Positions 1-12,378 of a DNA stretch of 64,000 bases are shown here, piece after piece (within the stretch, counting starts at the first letter, position 1; each line of letters opens with the position of its first letter). The notes below the pieces were generated by a model. It saw only the letters and a program-made list of their open reading frames with translations. It was not told the origin of the DNA and searched no databases. Source of the DNA: Lepidodermella squamata (taxonomy: Eukaryota > Animalia > Gastrotricha); assembly GCA_047495785.1 (NCBI GenBank), contig JBLDXI010000006.1:186001-250000 (forward strand). Reading direction: 5' to 3'. Made by a program: the position numbers and the translations under genes.

Positions 1-1711
1 TTGGCCAAGCTATTTTCCAACAACATCTCAGTTAGTTCCAAAATGTTATTCCTGGCACAGAGATGAAGGGGAGAATCCCGACCAGTTTTGACCTGGGCGA
101 TGCCTTGAACCCCAGAGTTGATCAAAAGCTTAGCTATTTCAATCTTCCCTTGATCGATTGCCGCGACTAGAGCCGTCCTGTTGAATGGATCGAGCTCGGC
201 AAAGTTGAATTGATGCAGCAGGAACATGTCGATGGCTTCAATGTTATCCGCCTCAATCGCCAATTGAATCGCATTTTGCCCAAGCTCGTTCTTTGCCGCT
301 TTGTCAGCTCCATGGCTGATCAAATAGGTAATCAGTTCAATAGGCTTCTTCTCATAAGTCGCGACTAGGAGGGACGAAGCGCTGCCCAACTGGTTTTTCG
401 CAGGGAAAGTAGGCCGATTAATATCGACGAACAAATTAGGCAGGCGTAGTAGGTAATCGACATAAGCCGGGTGATTGGCGAGATGAAGAGCCGAGAAGCC
501 ACGTCGATCAACCGCGGAAGGATTCGCGCCAAATCGAAGCCGCAGCCGTTCAGCAAAATCGCGAGATGAAACCATGGAGGCGATTAGGAACGGGGTCCGG
601 CCGAGAAAATCGCCAGTTTCGATGATGCGTTTGCTCCGTCGCCACAACATTTCGATGATTGAATCGTCTGTTTCGATAGAAGATTTATTCGAACTACTTG
701 CTAGAACGTGTACAGCTGTTCCACCGGTTGAGTCTTGAGACAAAACATTTACCTTGGGCTGTTGCAAGAGAAGCTCAATGTACCTATGCTCAATAATTGT
801 GAGAAGCATTACAAATGGGCTTGGAAATTGTCTTACTTTTTCTGGCGGTGAAAAGCAGCGGCATGGAAGGGACTTCCATTAGTCTTCTGTTTGCCGTAGA
901 CACAATTTCCAATGGTCAAAGTTTCCGGAGATAATTTCTCAAGCATTTTGGTGGCGAATTCAACTGACCCACTGGCCGCTGCGATACAAGCTGGGACTTG
1001 CCCCAAGTTATCAATAGAAGTCGCATTGAACAGGTCACTGCTTGCAAAATCAGCAATATTCTGTTGAGCAGCCAAATGGGAAATCGTTAGGCCTGATCTT
1101 GTTTTCGCAGAAGCTAGCTCTTTGTCTGCATTGATCAAAGCTTTCAAGCAATCGAAATTCTTCCTTAAAACAGCTCGATGGACGATTTGGAGACCGTCTC
1201 GATCTTCATGGGTAAGATTCGCGCCATGCTTCACCAAAGTCGCAATGACATCCGCCGATTTTCCCGAATTGCAAGCGTGGAAAATTGGCGTTTCCCCAGC
1301 TGCATTCTCAGCCTCCGTTAATTCAGCAACAGGTTTCTTCAATTGAGGAGCAATTTTGAGGAGATGGTCGACCATTTCAGCCTGGCCGTTGGAGATAGCT
1401 AGATGAAGCGGCTGTTCCTCTGAACTTGCGGTCTTTGCGCTGAAATCGGCGCCCTTCAGGCTCAGGAGTTCAACTACCTTAGCCGAGCCGTAGAAGGCAG
1501 CTAGATGTAGTGGCGTAAAGCCTGTTGAATTTGCGAAATTGACCCGACCGGAAAACTGCTCATCCAGCAGCTCCTCAGTCTCAGCTGCATCATCGGCTTT
1601 GATTGCATTGAAGAGTTTTTTGAAGGCCTCAGCGGAAGGCTGCTTGCTATCTGCAGCAACCGATATGAATAGAGTTGCGGTAAACAAAAAGCCAAGTTTC
1701 AACATTATCAT
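1..1711 (-). CDS. Multi-ankyrin-repeat protein with predicted signal peptide, running off the window edge
   Basis: ATG 1711 gives MIMLKLGFLFTATLFISVAA followed by ANK motifs (GFTPLHLAA, EQPLHLAI, GETPIFHAC). A 53-bp GT-AG intron (784-836) joins in frame to an open exon with more repeats (GRTPFLIA, GFSALHLA, RDSPLHLCA) down to base 1. Confidence 0.85.
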
Positions 1712-1960
1712 ACTAGTGAAAAACAGCAAATGAGCGAATGGCTTTGTATCATTTTGGATACACCGATAATGAAATACAGTATAATGCTAATGAAAAACAT
1801 TCCGCAATCCCAACATCCTTAATTTCGATGAATCACCTAGCTTTGTTTTAGCGTAATGTTCGCTTCTACCCTCATAAAGTTTTTTACTTGAAAATCATTT
1901 ATCGATAGAAAATATCAATGGTGAGTGAAATTCTCGCCGTTACTTTTTACTCAGTCGGCG

Positions 1961-2342
1961 TTACTTTTTATTGGAAAAATCTTCTCCGCTCATAATTTTC
2001 CTTGCTAGGACTCTTGCCCAAATGAAGAAAACTGCTTGATCGTTGCAAACCGCTCGCGATCCAAGAATTGCAAGGCATCTCGCCAGTCTGTGGTCGTAAA
2101 TCGCTTGCGCTATTGAATCTTTCATCCGCATAAGGCCAGCCACGTTGTTTTCCGCTGCCAATCTCGCAATCGCTCGAGCTATTCAAAGATCATTGAGTCA
2201 AAGATAGACCAAAGTACAACATCATAAACTTACCAAGTTGATTCACGTTATTAGCTTTCGACTGTTTAGGACGGGCAGCAGCGTTTATTCTGCAGCTTAA
2301 AATGCCGCAAGTTATGAAAATTGCGAGATAACCAGACATCAT
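1961..2342 (-). CDS. Small secreted orphan protein (~108 aa), paralog of 11605-11965
   Basis: Exon 1 (2342-2234) encodes MMSGYLAIFITCGILSCRINAAA. A 55-bp phase-1 intron (2179-2233) leads to an exon ending ...RCLAILGSRAVCNDQAVFFIWARVLARKIM... Confidence 0.75.
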
Positions 2343-2765
2343 TTTGAGAGAGTTTGTAATCGTGATGAATTAATGAATGAAATTGCAGTTTTGAAGCAGC
2401 GCGGTTATCTGGGCAAGACATGACACGCCTGTAATTTGATTTATTATCATTAAAGATCATTCGCAGAGGCTGTAGACATCATGTGGTCACGGCAATTCGA
2501 CCATAAAAGATTGTCGCCGCATGTTGGCAGTAATTATGATTCATATCAATAATTTCACAAAAATCTTCATGATATGCATTGGCTCACCTGCCACGCTCGC
2601 AAATGGTGTAACATAACCAGTGATCTGCAGCATCTACTAATCGGAATTTACGCGAAGAACGACCTAATTCTGTAATTTTATTATGGCTTTAACTTGAATC
2701 GGACGATAGCACTCGCAATTCATGCACAATTCGATGTTACGAGGTTACACATGCGAATGTCCCCC

Positions 2766-5126
2766 TCAGCACGCAGATCGCTCTTGAGCTATGACGTCGA
2801 CTCTATTCGAAGAGCCCGGGGGTGCTAACGAGTAGCTTGCCTGTCTAGGTCGGAGAACGATCATCGATGTTGTGATTGAGAGAATGATAAACAACGACGA
2901 TAGCATGATAAACTGAGCCGTCGGATCTTCAAAAATGAACGCCATCAAAACAGCTGCTCCTGTTAGTGTGACAGAATTGATTATCGCAATGATTGTAGGC
3001 TTCGCTTTTTCCGCAATCGTGAGATAACGGGTTGCGATCGCTAAAACCAGGCCGAACATCAATTTCGCACCCTGGACCGCTCCAGATATCGCCAGCCAAA
3101 GTGTCATGTAACGAGATTTACAAGAATAGCTGTAAGTCCGAAAATAGGCATCGTCCTCCTCCGAATAATATCCTGATATCGCGTTTTCCTGAGCTTTCGG
3201 CGGGTCGTAAGCCAACCAAACTGCTAGAAGCGCAGTATTCAACAATACAACGCAAACTGAAAAGAGAACCAGCAGTTTCCGAACTTGTTTTTCATCCATG
3301 ATTTTGATCTCTTTCGCGTCCTTCTTTTGCCTAATCAACTTCTTGGTCCTCTTACTGTTCTTCCTCAACCCACGTGTAGTGCTCGCAATATTAGCTTCCA
3401 AGCTGGCGACATAGCCAGATCGATAAAGTTGCATGATTTGAATCAAAAGCCCTGTATTGCTAAGGGTCAAACTGGATAAGAACAAGGCGATGCGAGCGAT
3501 GCACATCCCATCTGAACCTCTAGTTCCCTCGGCTAAAGCGACACTCGCCCCGTTCATGATTAGACAACCGGCGATTATCATCATGTTCGAGAATTTGAAC
3601 AATTTCGTCGACAAGACTCGGTCACCAGTAGGCAAACGCTTAATTTCGAAGATTAGACCAACTATCTGGGCTAGAGTGGTTGGGATAGCGACGGCGTCAA
3701 TGAAGTAGGCGAATTCGGCGGGAGGTTCCTCAAGGTTTTTGATCAAAGGTGGTTCGTCGATGGGAGGCTGTGTCGAGCCACTAGGCCAAATCGGGCCTGA
3801 GTAATTTTTGTTCAACCTCAGACTATAGCTGTTCAAATCATCAAATTCGCCGCTAGAATTGCGATAGATAACGTAAACAAGTTCTAGACGGCGGGTAATT
3901 GGTGACCAGACGAATGCGCCCTGAGGATCATCGTCCATCTCAAGGCGGCGCGAGAACACTTGTTTGCCTACTCGTAATCCAACTGGATTGATTGACGGAA
4001 TTGTAGAGTTAACGGCCTTCATAATTGTCCTCGGATATCGATCGAAATCGCGAAGAGTCAAATTACTCGAGGCAATCAAATTACGATTCGCTCTATCAAG
4101 CGCTAAAAGGGTAATCTGAGCTATGTCATAACAAATGTGTCGCATAACGTAATCAGCGTTATTGGTCAAATTCACGCGATTCTTCAATTCAGCCTCCAAA
4201 TCGTCGTAGGTCAAACCGAGGGTTGATTTGAGGCTCCTGTCATTCGAGAAGTAAACAGCCCCGATCCAATAACTGTATTTGACCTGTTCGGTCAACATTT
4301 GCCGACTACACCACGATGGCAGGATGGGTAACTTCGAATCAGGGTCAAAATAGACCATTGAGTTGATCAAAAACAAGTATTTCGGTCCTGTTATCCCGTT
4401 GCGATGGGCGAAGCATAAGAATTGCATGACATTGCCTACGATTGACAGTTCCATTGAAATGATTCGAATATCACTCTTTTTTATAGCGATCATCACACTA
4501 TCATCCGCGTCGATGTATGCAGCGAAGATGGGGACATCGATTTTGACTTTCAGCAGCAAAATCTCGAGCATAACAGCTGTTGCGTAGTCACGAATGAGGG
4601 CAGCGTTGGTTGCTATGGCAACGTTAGACCAACGGCCGGCGCTTTCGATGAATCTCAGCTTGGCGTAGGTCATAATCTCAGCCTGGGCTTTCATGTGGTA
4701 CAAATTCGGGTAAAGCTGTCGATTAGCGGACATGGCTGTTGTAGAACACCCTGTAGTAATGATTGCGTAATCGAGATGATCGAGCGCTAGTGCGAGTCTT
4801 TGGCAACCGCCTGAGAAGAACCCACCAATTGTCAGAGGTAGAATGTTGAGGCTTCGTCTTGCTGTAACGAACTCTCGAGGTAGAAAATTCCCATTAGCCC
4901 CTTCATCCTTGAAGATAGGTTGGATGGTGATGTCGCTTAGCAGGTCTTCGCGGCTATTTAGGAGGTCGATCGCGATTTGCATTGCAGCCCGGCAAACTGA
5001 ACCATCCCTAGGGTCATTCCCTGAGATTGGGAGTAAAGCCAGAAGGGACATGTTGTACGCCTTCCCGAGAACATTGCTTGACCTTAATGTCAAGGCAATA
5101 AAACAAAAAATTGCAAGGTTTTTCAT
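2766..5126 (-). CDS. Intronless class C GPCR, GABA-B-like (Venus flytrap + 7TM, no Cys-rich domain)
   Basis: 786-aa ORF with a signal peptide, VFT motifs (AIDLLNSREDLL; TGCSTTAMSANRQLYPN, resembling GABA-B SYGSSSPALSNRQRFP) and a 7TM-like region with WLAYDP...YSCKS. Confidence 0.88.
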   Translation of the reverse strand: MKNLAIFCFIALTLRSSNVLGKAYNMSLLALLPISGNDPRDGSVCRAAMQIAIDLLNSREDLLSDITIQPIFKDEGANGNFLPREFVTARRSLNILPLTIGGFFSGGCQRLALALDHLDYAIITTGCSTTAMSANRQLYPNLYHMKAQAEIMTYAKLRFIESAGRWSNVAIATNAALIRDYATAVMLEILLLKVKIDVPIFAAYIDADDSVMIAIKKSDIRIISMELSIVGNVMQFLCFAHRNGITGPKYLFLINSMVYFDPDSKLPILPSWCSRQMLTEQVKYSYWIGAVYFSNDRSLKSTLGLTYDDLEAELKNRVNLTNNADYVMRHICYDIAQITLLALDRANRNLIASSNLTLRDFDRYPRTIMKAVNSTIPSINPVGLRVGKQVFSRRLEMDDDPQGAFVWSPITRRLELVYVIYRNSSGEFDDLNSYSLRLNKNYSGPIWPSGSTQPPIDEPPLIKNLEEPPAEFAYFIDAVAIPTTLAQIVGLIFEIKRLPTGDRVLSTKLFKFSNMMIIAGCLIMNGASVALAEGTRGSDGMCIARIALFLSSLTLSNTGLLIQIMQLYRSGYVASLEANIASTTRGLRKNSKRTKKLIRQKKDAKEIKIMDEKQVRKLLVLFSVCVVLLNTALLAVWLAYDPPKAQENAISGYYSEEDDAYFRTYSYSCKSRYMTLWLAISGAVQGAKLMFGLVLAIATRYLTIAEKAKPTIIAIINSVTLTGAAVLMAFIFEDPTAQFIMLSSLFIILSITTSMIVLRPRQASYSLAPPGSSNRVDVIAQERSAC

Positions 5127-5522
5127 TGATTTTTCGATTTTTGTCTAATGACATGTTGGGTCAAACTTGTTTTCTGCGACAGCAATTTCATGAGAGTGGA
5201 TACACCGCGGCATTCCACGTGATTTTTGCGACTAATCAGCCTTAATAGCATCCAATTTTAACAAATAAATAGCATCTCGTTGCAGCAATCAGCAATCAGT
5301 AAATATCCGATTAATTATGATTGAAAGCTGAAAGCTGATATTCTGCTCAAAACAGAAGTGGGTCACTTGTAGTAAACCTTGCAATCTCGAAATTTCGGCG
5401 AATGGCGAAGAAACTATATTGATAAGGAAAAAGTGATAAGGCATTTATTGCACGCAAACGAACAAACCTTAATGGAAAGTATAAAATATAAGGAATATAT
5501 ATAGTATACAAATTTAATTGCA

Positions 5523-6528
5523 ATGACAGGGCTGCTATTTTCGATTGTCGTTTTGACAATCTTCCAAGCAGGTACAAAACCTTTTTAACACTAAATTCAA
5601 ATTTTAAAATAATTTCTCAGGTTTTGCTGAATCTACGGATTGGCCCAAACCAGAATCAATAATTTTGAATCTACCATTTGACAAAACCTACGGATACCGA
5701 GATTCAGTATGCAATGTGGAGCCGTATCTAACAGGCACGCCTGTGTTGAATTCGAACATTGCTGGACCTTTTGGCGAGGCGGATAGCTCGTACACAGTAG
5801 CGGTAAAGCGAACAAACATCGGCTCATACGGCTACTTGCCCCTTAAAACTGGTTTCACCATCACTTTCTTCTTCTACCTCGCTGAGCTGGGTGACAAAGG
5901 CATTATGCAAACAAGATTGAAGACAAGTGCTGGGGAGAATATTGTAACTTTGAACAGTCAGAGCGATGGGCAGTTGAAGATTGGAGTTTACAATGTGACG
6001 GCCATGTCTGGCATTACAGGGACGACTGGCGACGTCTTCAACGCCAGCAACTGGCATTTTATCGGTCTGAGCTATGACCAAGCGGCTCCGATGTTCCATT
6101 TGTACTTTTACTTCGGCTTTAATGCCTATGGTTTTGGAAACGATTTTGCTGTCAATAACCAGACGATGATAACAGTTGACGTAGGAAAAGCTGAATTGAA
6201 TGGTGGTGTTTTCCTGATGGAGCCAGGCGATTCTATGGCTTGCTTCACTGTTTTTGACTCGTCTTTGAATGAGACTGAGGTTAATACGGTGAAGCAGGCT
6301 TGCCGCGATCTCCCGCCAACGAAGCCTGGTGATGAGTGTAACAGGGTAACACCGACTGTGCCACCTACAACAACTGCGGCTATTACTACAACAGCAGCCA
6401 TCACAACACCAGCGGAAACAACTACAATGGTGATGCCTACGACGACAAATGGATCAGCGAGGATCACCAACTACTATGCATACTTTGTTCTTGCCTTAAT
6501 CTGCTTGTTCGGGGGCCTGCATATGTGA
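5523..6528 (+). CDS. LamG/pentraxin-like (ConA-fold) protein with Thr-rich stalk and probable GPI signal, copy 1
   Basis: Signal-peptide exon 5523-5571 and 49-bp intron 5572-5620. Exon 2 has GFTITFFFY...NWHFIGLSYD...FTVFDSSLNETEV, a Thr-rich stalk and a hydrophobic C-terminus. Confidence 0.75.
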
Positions 6529-7132
6529 AAATCGGTATTAAAGAATATGGCTTGTATTGAGAGTGATTCTAACTAAATTGTCATAATTTCGAAAGCACTC
6601 ATGAACAAACTTGATGAGCTGGCTTAGTAAAAAAAATGATTCTGTTCAGATTCTGATCCTTTGAAGTTTGGGAATATTCAAAATTCGAATTCGCGAGCAC
6701 CACTAGATTGCCTAATTCTTGGGGTTCGCTTTTGACCATATTAGCCGTTAATTATGTTTCTTCCCAATATAGCAAAAAATAATTTAGATCAATCGTATGT
6801 CCGATGGCGAGGATTATATTCCTGATTTGCATCGTTTCTCTGATCAATCAGCTTATCCCACTAGCTATTGAGTCATCAGTTGTCGGTTTGACTGAGTGAA
6901 GCTTGAACCTGAAAACTTGCTCAGGCAATACAAGACTCGTCAAAAACGATCACGTGATTTCAATTTCATGAACCTAATTCTGCCCAGTTTCGCCCATAAA
7001 ACCGTACGTTCCATTACACATCTCATTTTTATATTGATAAGGAAAAAGTGATAAAGCATTTATTGCACGCAAACGAACATACCATAATGGAAAAGTAAGG
7101 AATATAATACGTAGCATAAAAATTTAATAACA

Positions 7133-8138
7133 ATGTCAGGGCTGCTATTTTCGATTTTCTTTTTGACAATTTTTCGAGCAGGTACGAAAACCTTCTTACA
7201 CTAAATTCAAGTTGTAAAATAATTTCTCAGGTTTCGCCGAGTCTGCTAGGGATTGGCCCAAACCAGAATCAATAATTTTGAATCTACCATTTGACAAAAC
7301 CTATGAAATACGAGATTCAGTATGCAATGTCGAGCCGTATCTAACTGGTACGCCTGTGTTGAATTCGAACATAGCTGGACCTTTCGGCGGGGCCGACAGC
7401 TCGTTCACCGTGGCGGTGAATCAAACAAACATCGGCTCATACGGCTACTTGCCCCTCAAAACTGGATTCACCATCACTTTCTACTTCTACCTCGCTGAGC
7501 TGGGTGACAAAGGCATTATGCAAACAAGAATGACGACAAATGCTGGGGAAACGCGTGTGACATTGAACAGTCAAAGCGATGGGCAGTTGAAGATTGGGCT
7601 TTATAATGTGACGGCTGGCTTCGCGGTTACAGCGACGACAGGCAACGTCTTCAATGCTAGCAACTGGCATTTCATCGGTTTGAGCTATGACCAAGCGGCT
7701 CCGATGTTCCATATGTACTTCTACTACGGCTTTAATACTTATGGTTTCGGAAACGATTTCGCTGTCGACAACCAGACCATGCTGACCGTTGACGTTGGGC
7801 AGGCTGAATCGAATGGCGCTTTCCTGATGGAGCCAGGCGATTCTTTGGCCTGCTTCACTGTTTTCGACTCTGCCTTGAATGAAACAGAGGTTAATACGGT
7901 GAAGCAGGCTTGCCGCGATCTCCCGCCATCGAAGCCTGGTGATGAGTGTAACAGGGTAACACCGACTGTGCCTCCTACCACAACAGCGGCTATCACTACA
8001 ACAGCAGACGTCACTACACCAGCAGAATCAACTACAATGATTATGCCTACGACGACTAATGGATCAGCGCGGATCAACAACTATTATGCAGGCTTTGTTC
8101 TCGCCTTGATTTGCTTGTTCGGGGGACTGAATATGTGA
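7133..8138 (+). CDS. LamG/pentraxin-like GPI-type protein, tandem copy 2
   Basis: Same exon structure (intron 7182-7230) and a highly similar protein to 5523-6528. Confidence 0.75.
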
Positions 8139-8780
8139 AAACCGGTATTATGTATTGAGGACTGTGGCTCGCATTGAGAGTGATAATTTACGAAATTTAC
8201 GACAACTTTGCTGAACAAATCAATGAGCTTAATAAAAAGAACGATTAGTTCAGATCCATATGTTCAAATCCTTTGAAGGATAGGAATCATGGTTGCACTT
8301 GTATAAACATCTGTGTTAAAACAGGATGTTTAAACACATGTTTAAACAGTATAAAGTCCGAGGGTTTATACATATGTATAAAGTCCTAATAGAAAATGCC
8401 CCAAATTACTAAAAAAATCAGCAGATTTCCGCCATAATCTTGAATCTTTTATTTCAATTTGATGCATATCTGGATTACTCGCTGCAATCTGCAGTTTATC
8501 GTAAGTGATGATGTGGTAATGTTGCATCTTTGAAATTTTTATCATTCACGAAAAAGGTTAATTATTCATAAGAGCGCCATACCACTTATTCTTGGCCTCG
8601 TGAGCTCTGAAATGTAACATGTTTTCGCTAAGAAAGAAAACTTTAGTGCACAATTAACCTTGCGGAAAATACCTTGCAATCGTGGAATACTGTAATTTCA
8701 AAAATTAGGCTGGCATCGACGCACGTGCCGGAAAATTTCAATTTTGAAACAGGGCTCCTTAGCCCTATATTTTTGTTTAT

Positions 8781-8988
8781 GCATTTCGTTAGAAGGAATT
8801 AAGCATTAGTGCGCGCATCTTTCAAAAGCCTGTTACGCAAGCGATAGCGACTGTGCGCGCGTATTAGCAGTCTTTTAGGAACTAAAGCGTGGCATTAACG
8901 AGCGCGCTCATGCTCTCGTCATTGCGTAACAGACTTTGGAAAGGTGCGCGCACTAATGCCCAAATTTAATGCCTTGTAACGGAAGATG
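8781..8988. repeat. ~200-bp foldback / MITE-like inverted repeat
   Basis: gcattagtgcgcgcatctttcaaaagcctgttacgcaa (8803-8840) is nearly the reverse complement of 8922-8959, and the arms extend imperfectly outward. No TSD found. Confidence 0.6.
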
Positions 8989-9039
8989 CGCGCGCTAATA
9001 CCACGCCTACTATCGAATAAACTCAGAGTGCTGGGTACA

Positions 9040-10814
9040 CTGGTTTTTTTTCCGCGGCCTACACGTCAAATACAGGTGCGGCGATTATTCGAGTGCGGCC
9101 TTTATTTTCTTGAACTTTCAGCCGTCACGCTGAACTAGCAGTTTATTCACTACTAACGGGTGTAACAGGTGCGCCAGAGGGCGGATTTTACTGTAATCAA
9201 GATCTGCAGCTAGCGCGATAAGTTTACATTACCACTGTCGGCCAGACGGCCTTTGACAGTTGACGGGGAACTCCCAGCTCATTAACATGTTGAATTATTC
9301 ATAATACACAATTGTAGTCTATCGGCCGATCTCATCATGTCGGCCGTGTCGACTTCACAGCTTCTTGATATTTCTCACGTCTTCCTTCATTGACCTTGGC
9401 GTGAACAGCGTGAATATCAGTAGCAGAGCCACTAGGTGATGTACACGGCTTTGCGTTCCGATGACGCATGCTTTCACGGTTTGTGTATTTACAACATTAA
9501 CATCTGGGATCACATCTAAATTGAAAGTGACATATTTTGCATCATTCAAGACGGCCGGTACTCGCCATTGTACAGGAACCGCATCTGTACTACTATGCAT
9601 CTCTCTCCTCCATTCTCGGGTGCAAGTTTTTCAAGTGTACTCGATTTTAAAAGCGCGAATGTTAAATAACGTTTATTACTCCCTTCAATTAATGTGTGCA
9701 ATAAAACTGATAACAGTGCATTAAGCTCCCGTAAATTAGCCGCCCAAAACTGGAGAAAACTGGAGAGAAGGATTATTCGGCCCTGTTATAGGGTATGCGC
9801 ACTCCTCCAGCACGTGCACAGAGAGCCCGCACTGGCTGCTGTCACAGCAGCAAGCGTCTTGACGACGAATTTCAGTACCCTTTCAGTCACGGACATTTTG
9901 TATTACTCCGTCACTTCTTCAAGCACGTGGCACGTATGACCGTGAACATGCACAACCTATGACCTAAGTATAACGTTTTCGTGCACATCTTTGACTTGCT
10001 GCCCAGCTTTGCGCATAATCATGTAGCGTTGCCACGTCGCACATGCAAAAATAGTATGGGCGGTTCCCGTCTGCGCTACTCATTTTGCCCGACCCAGAGT
10101 AAACTTGAGTTTGCGAAACACGCAGCATGAATAATGTGTATGCACCATGTAATAGGCGAGCAGATCACGTCGCGAAAACGGTCTCGCGAGTCAGCATGTC
10201 AGCCCATGTTGTCGTCGATGTCGTGCGCACAACTGCACTTGGCATTGACTGGCATCCCGGCAGACAGCACATTTTTTACTGGCACGCCCTAATCCCCTAC
10301 TGTTTTTTTGCCGTCGGACCGACGTCACACGACAACGCATTTTTTACTGCTACGAACACATCCTCCTGAAACAAGGACTCATTTTTTGACAACACTAACA
10401 CACGCCCACGCTGGTATGGTACCTTCCCGAAGGGATTGCCAGTGTTTTACGGGTGGTTTTTTACAGACACACCTCTATCCTCCTCGCCATAGGCCATAGG
10501 CGATGGAGGCAATCCATTTTGTATTGCCTCCTCATATCCTCCTTGACGAACGACGAACGAACGACGAACGAACGAAGGCGACCCGTGACAACGGGGAGTT
10601 CCCCGTCATATTCGCTAAGAAGTGCGGATAATCCGTCTACTCGGAGTCACCCCAGGTGTCTCATTGAGGGTGACTGCTAATCGCTATTAAGTGCGGCGAT
10701 TATTCGCGCGCGGCCTTTATTATTGCCAAATTGTTGAAAATGGGGTGTTTTTGCGGGGATTATTCGAGTGCGGCCTTTATTCAGGATGCGGCCTTTATAC
10801 TGTAGTTTACGGTA
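9040..10814 (+). mobile_element. Degraded pogo/Tc2-like DNA transposon; only the right end is recognisable
   Basis: Right end ...gcggcctttatactgtagtttacgg|TA at 10812-10814. Subterminal gtgcggcgattattcg..gcggccttt repeats at ~9076, 10691 and 10752. SGITSKLKVTYFASFK weakly recalls the pogo PxxxTxxLQPLDxxxxxxFK motif. Confidence 0.45.
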
Positions 10815-11121
10815 TTCGAATTTAATTTCCCCGATTTTGCGAGTACCTAAAAATACCTCACAGTGTTAGCTTTTTGCCATATCAGCTTCTCTTAGAAAAT
10901 TTCCTCCCAATATTTGTTGAAAATATCTCAGTCCGAGTTAAAATGATCTTATCCCTCTAGTTATTGAGTCATCAGTTGCGGGTTTGACATTTATTTTGAA
11001 AACTTGAACTTGAAAATCTGACTGCGTAATACAAGACTCGTCAAAAAGCGATCGCGTGATTTCAATTTCTTGAAAATTCTTCTGCCCAATATGGCCCATA
11101 AAACCGTACGTTCCAATACAC
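10815..11121 (+). repeat. Duplicate of the intergenic spacer at ~6680-7020
   Basis: Shared blocks ttgagtcatcagttg, aatacaagactcgtcaaaaa and cccataaaaccgtacgttcca. Similarity to the copy-1 flank breaks at ~8290 and resumes at ~10815, consistent with an insertion in between. Confidence 0.7.
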
Positions 11122-11604
11122 GTACGTCACATTTTTACGTTGGCTTGTCCTGTTCTGTGTCCTATATGAAACAAATCTTGTTTACGAGTTGTCTGGCGGC
11201 AAAATTGCCCGACGTCACATGTTCGCAAAGCAGGTGAATATCATTATGACAAAATGTACCTTTCATCGTCTAGGAAAGATGTTAATGAACAAGTCAGGGG
11301 CCGGCGTGGTTGAAGTACACCGTGGCCAGCATAGTAAAGCAATTCGTGAACTTTCGCGTTCATTTTGGTTTCCAAGTGTTAATGACTAGTAAAATGCAAC
11401 GTCTGCGTGAGTGAAGAGCAGAATCGAAGAAGATGTACCTGCCACCTTGAAACTTCGAAGTACAGGTGTGCTAGGGCGTCAAATGAACTAGAGTGTATGA
11501 AGCTGTAACAGTTCTGCCAATTAAAACAGATGAGCCTTTTCTCAATCAAGTTTATTTGAAACTAGAAAATGAAATTTAAAACGAATCGCTCGTAAATAAG
11601 TTGG

Positions 11605-11965
11605 TTAGGTACGCTTAGAATGTCCCTTCATAATTCTGCGCGCAAGCGTTCGCGCCCAAATGTAGAAAACGACGTTATCACTGCAAATCGATCGTGAGCC
11701 AAGAAGTGCGACGCATTTCGCCATCCGCCGATTGTAGATGACCCTGGAAAATACGGATTGTAATCTTTCCAAGTCCGATTCGTTTTTTGCTGCTGCCAAA
11801 TGGGAAACCAATCCCGCTGAAATGAGAAGATTATAGCTATAAATCCTCATCAAGAAGTATGTTGACAATACCAATAACTTCTGGCCGTAGGGGACGCCGC
11901 TTCGATAAAGCCAAGGCGATGAGAATCGAAAAGAGAAACAGCGTAATTAGTGATTTCGCTCGCAT
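11605..11965 (-). CDS. Small secreted cationic orphan protein, paralog of 1961-2342
   Basis: MRAKSLITLFLFSILIALALS signal peptide, a 55-bp phase-1 intron (11817-11871), then ...KCVALLGSRSICSDNVVFYIWARTLARRIM... Confidence 0.75.
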
Positions 11966-12378
11966 TCTCAAATGAATCTTGCATTGATAAACAATCCTTG
12001 CATTTATATACTCAATGTTTATTCTTCGAAATTGTCGATCAGTTTAGCCTTTTCTTCATTTGCAGACACATTTTCACGAATGTCCGGTCTCTTTAACTTT
12101 CAACTTGTCCAAAAATACTAATTTATCCTCATTTGATGTTCAAATTATCGATTGAATGTTCCTGCTGCCTCCCGGAGCAAACATTCGACGAAAATAATTT
12201 CAGCTGACCAGAAGCAGAAGTCGTTGCCTAGTATTGGAGACGTATAAGTTGGGCGCCTCACGCTTATTCAGTCGTGTAACTCGTGCAAATTCATTTATTG
12301 CCTCGTGTTGATAAATCACTCAAATCTCGCTTAAATGCCTACCTGAAGTTGTAAATTCTGAACATTATTACTGAAATC

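Noticed and set aside
1712-1800. Upstream ATG (MFFISIILYFIIG) and an acceptor-like AG just before ATG 1711, suggesting an alternative leader or trans-splicing
   Set aside because: Both possible splices from the upstream ATG hit stops, and a plain 5' UTR intron explains the acceptor equally well.
5824-8080. Paired minus-strand ORFs (91 aa and 113-114 aa)
   Set aside because: Antisense shadows duplicated along with the LamG-like genes.
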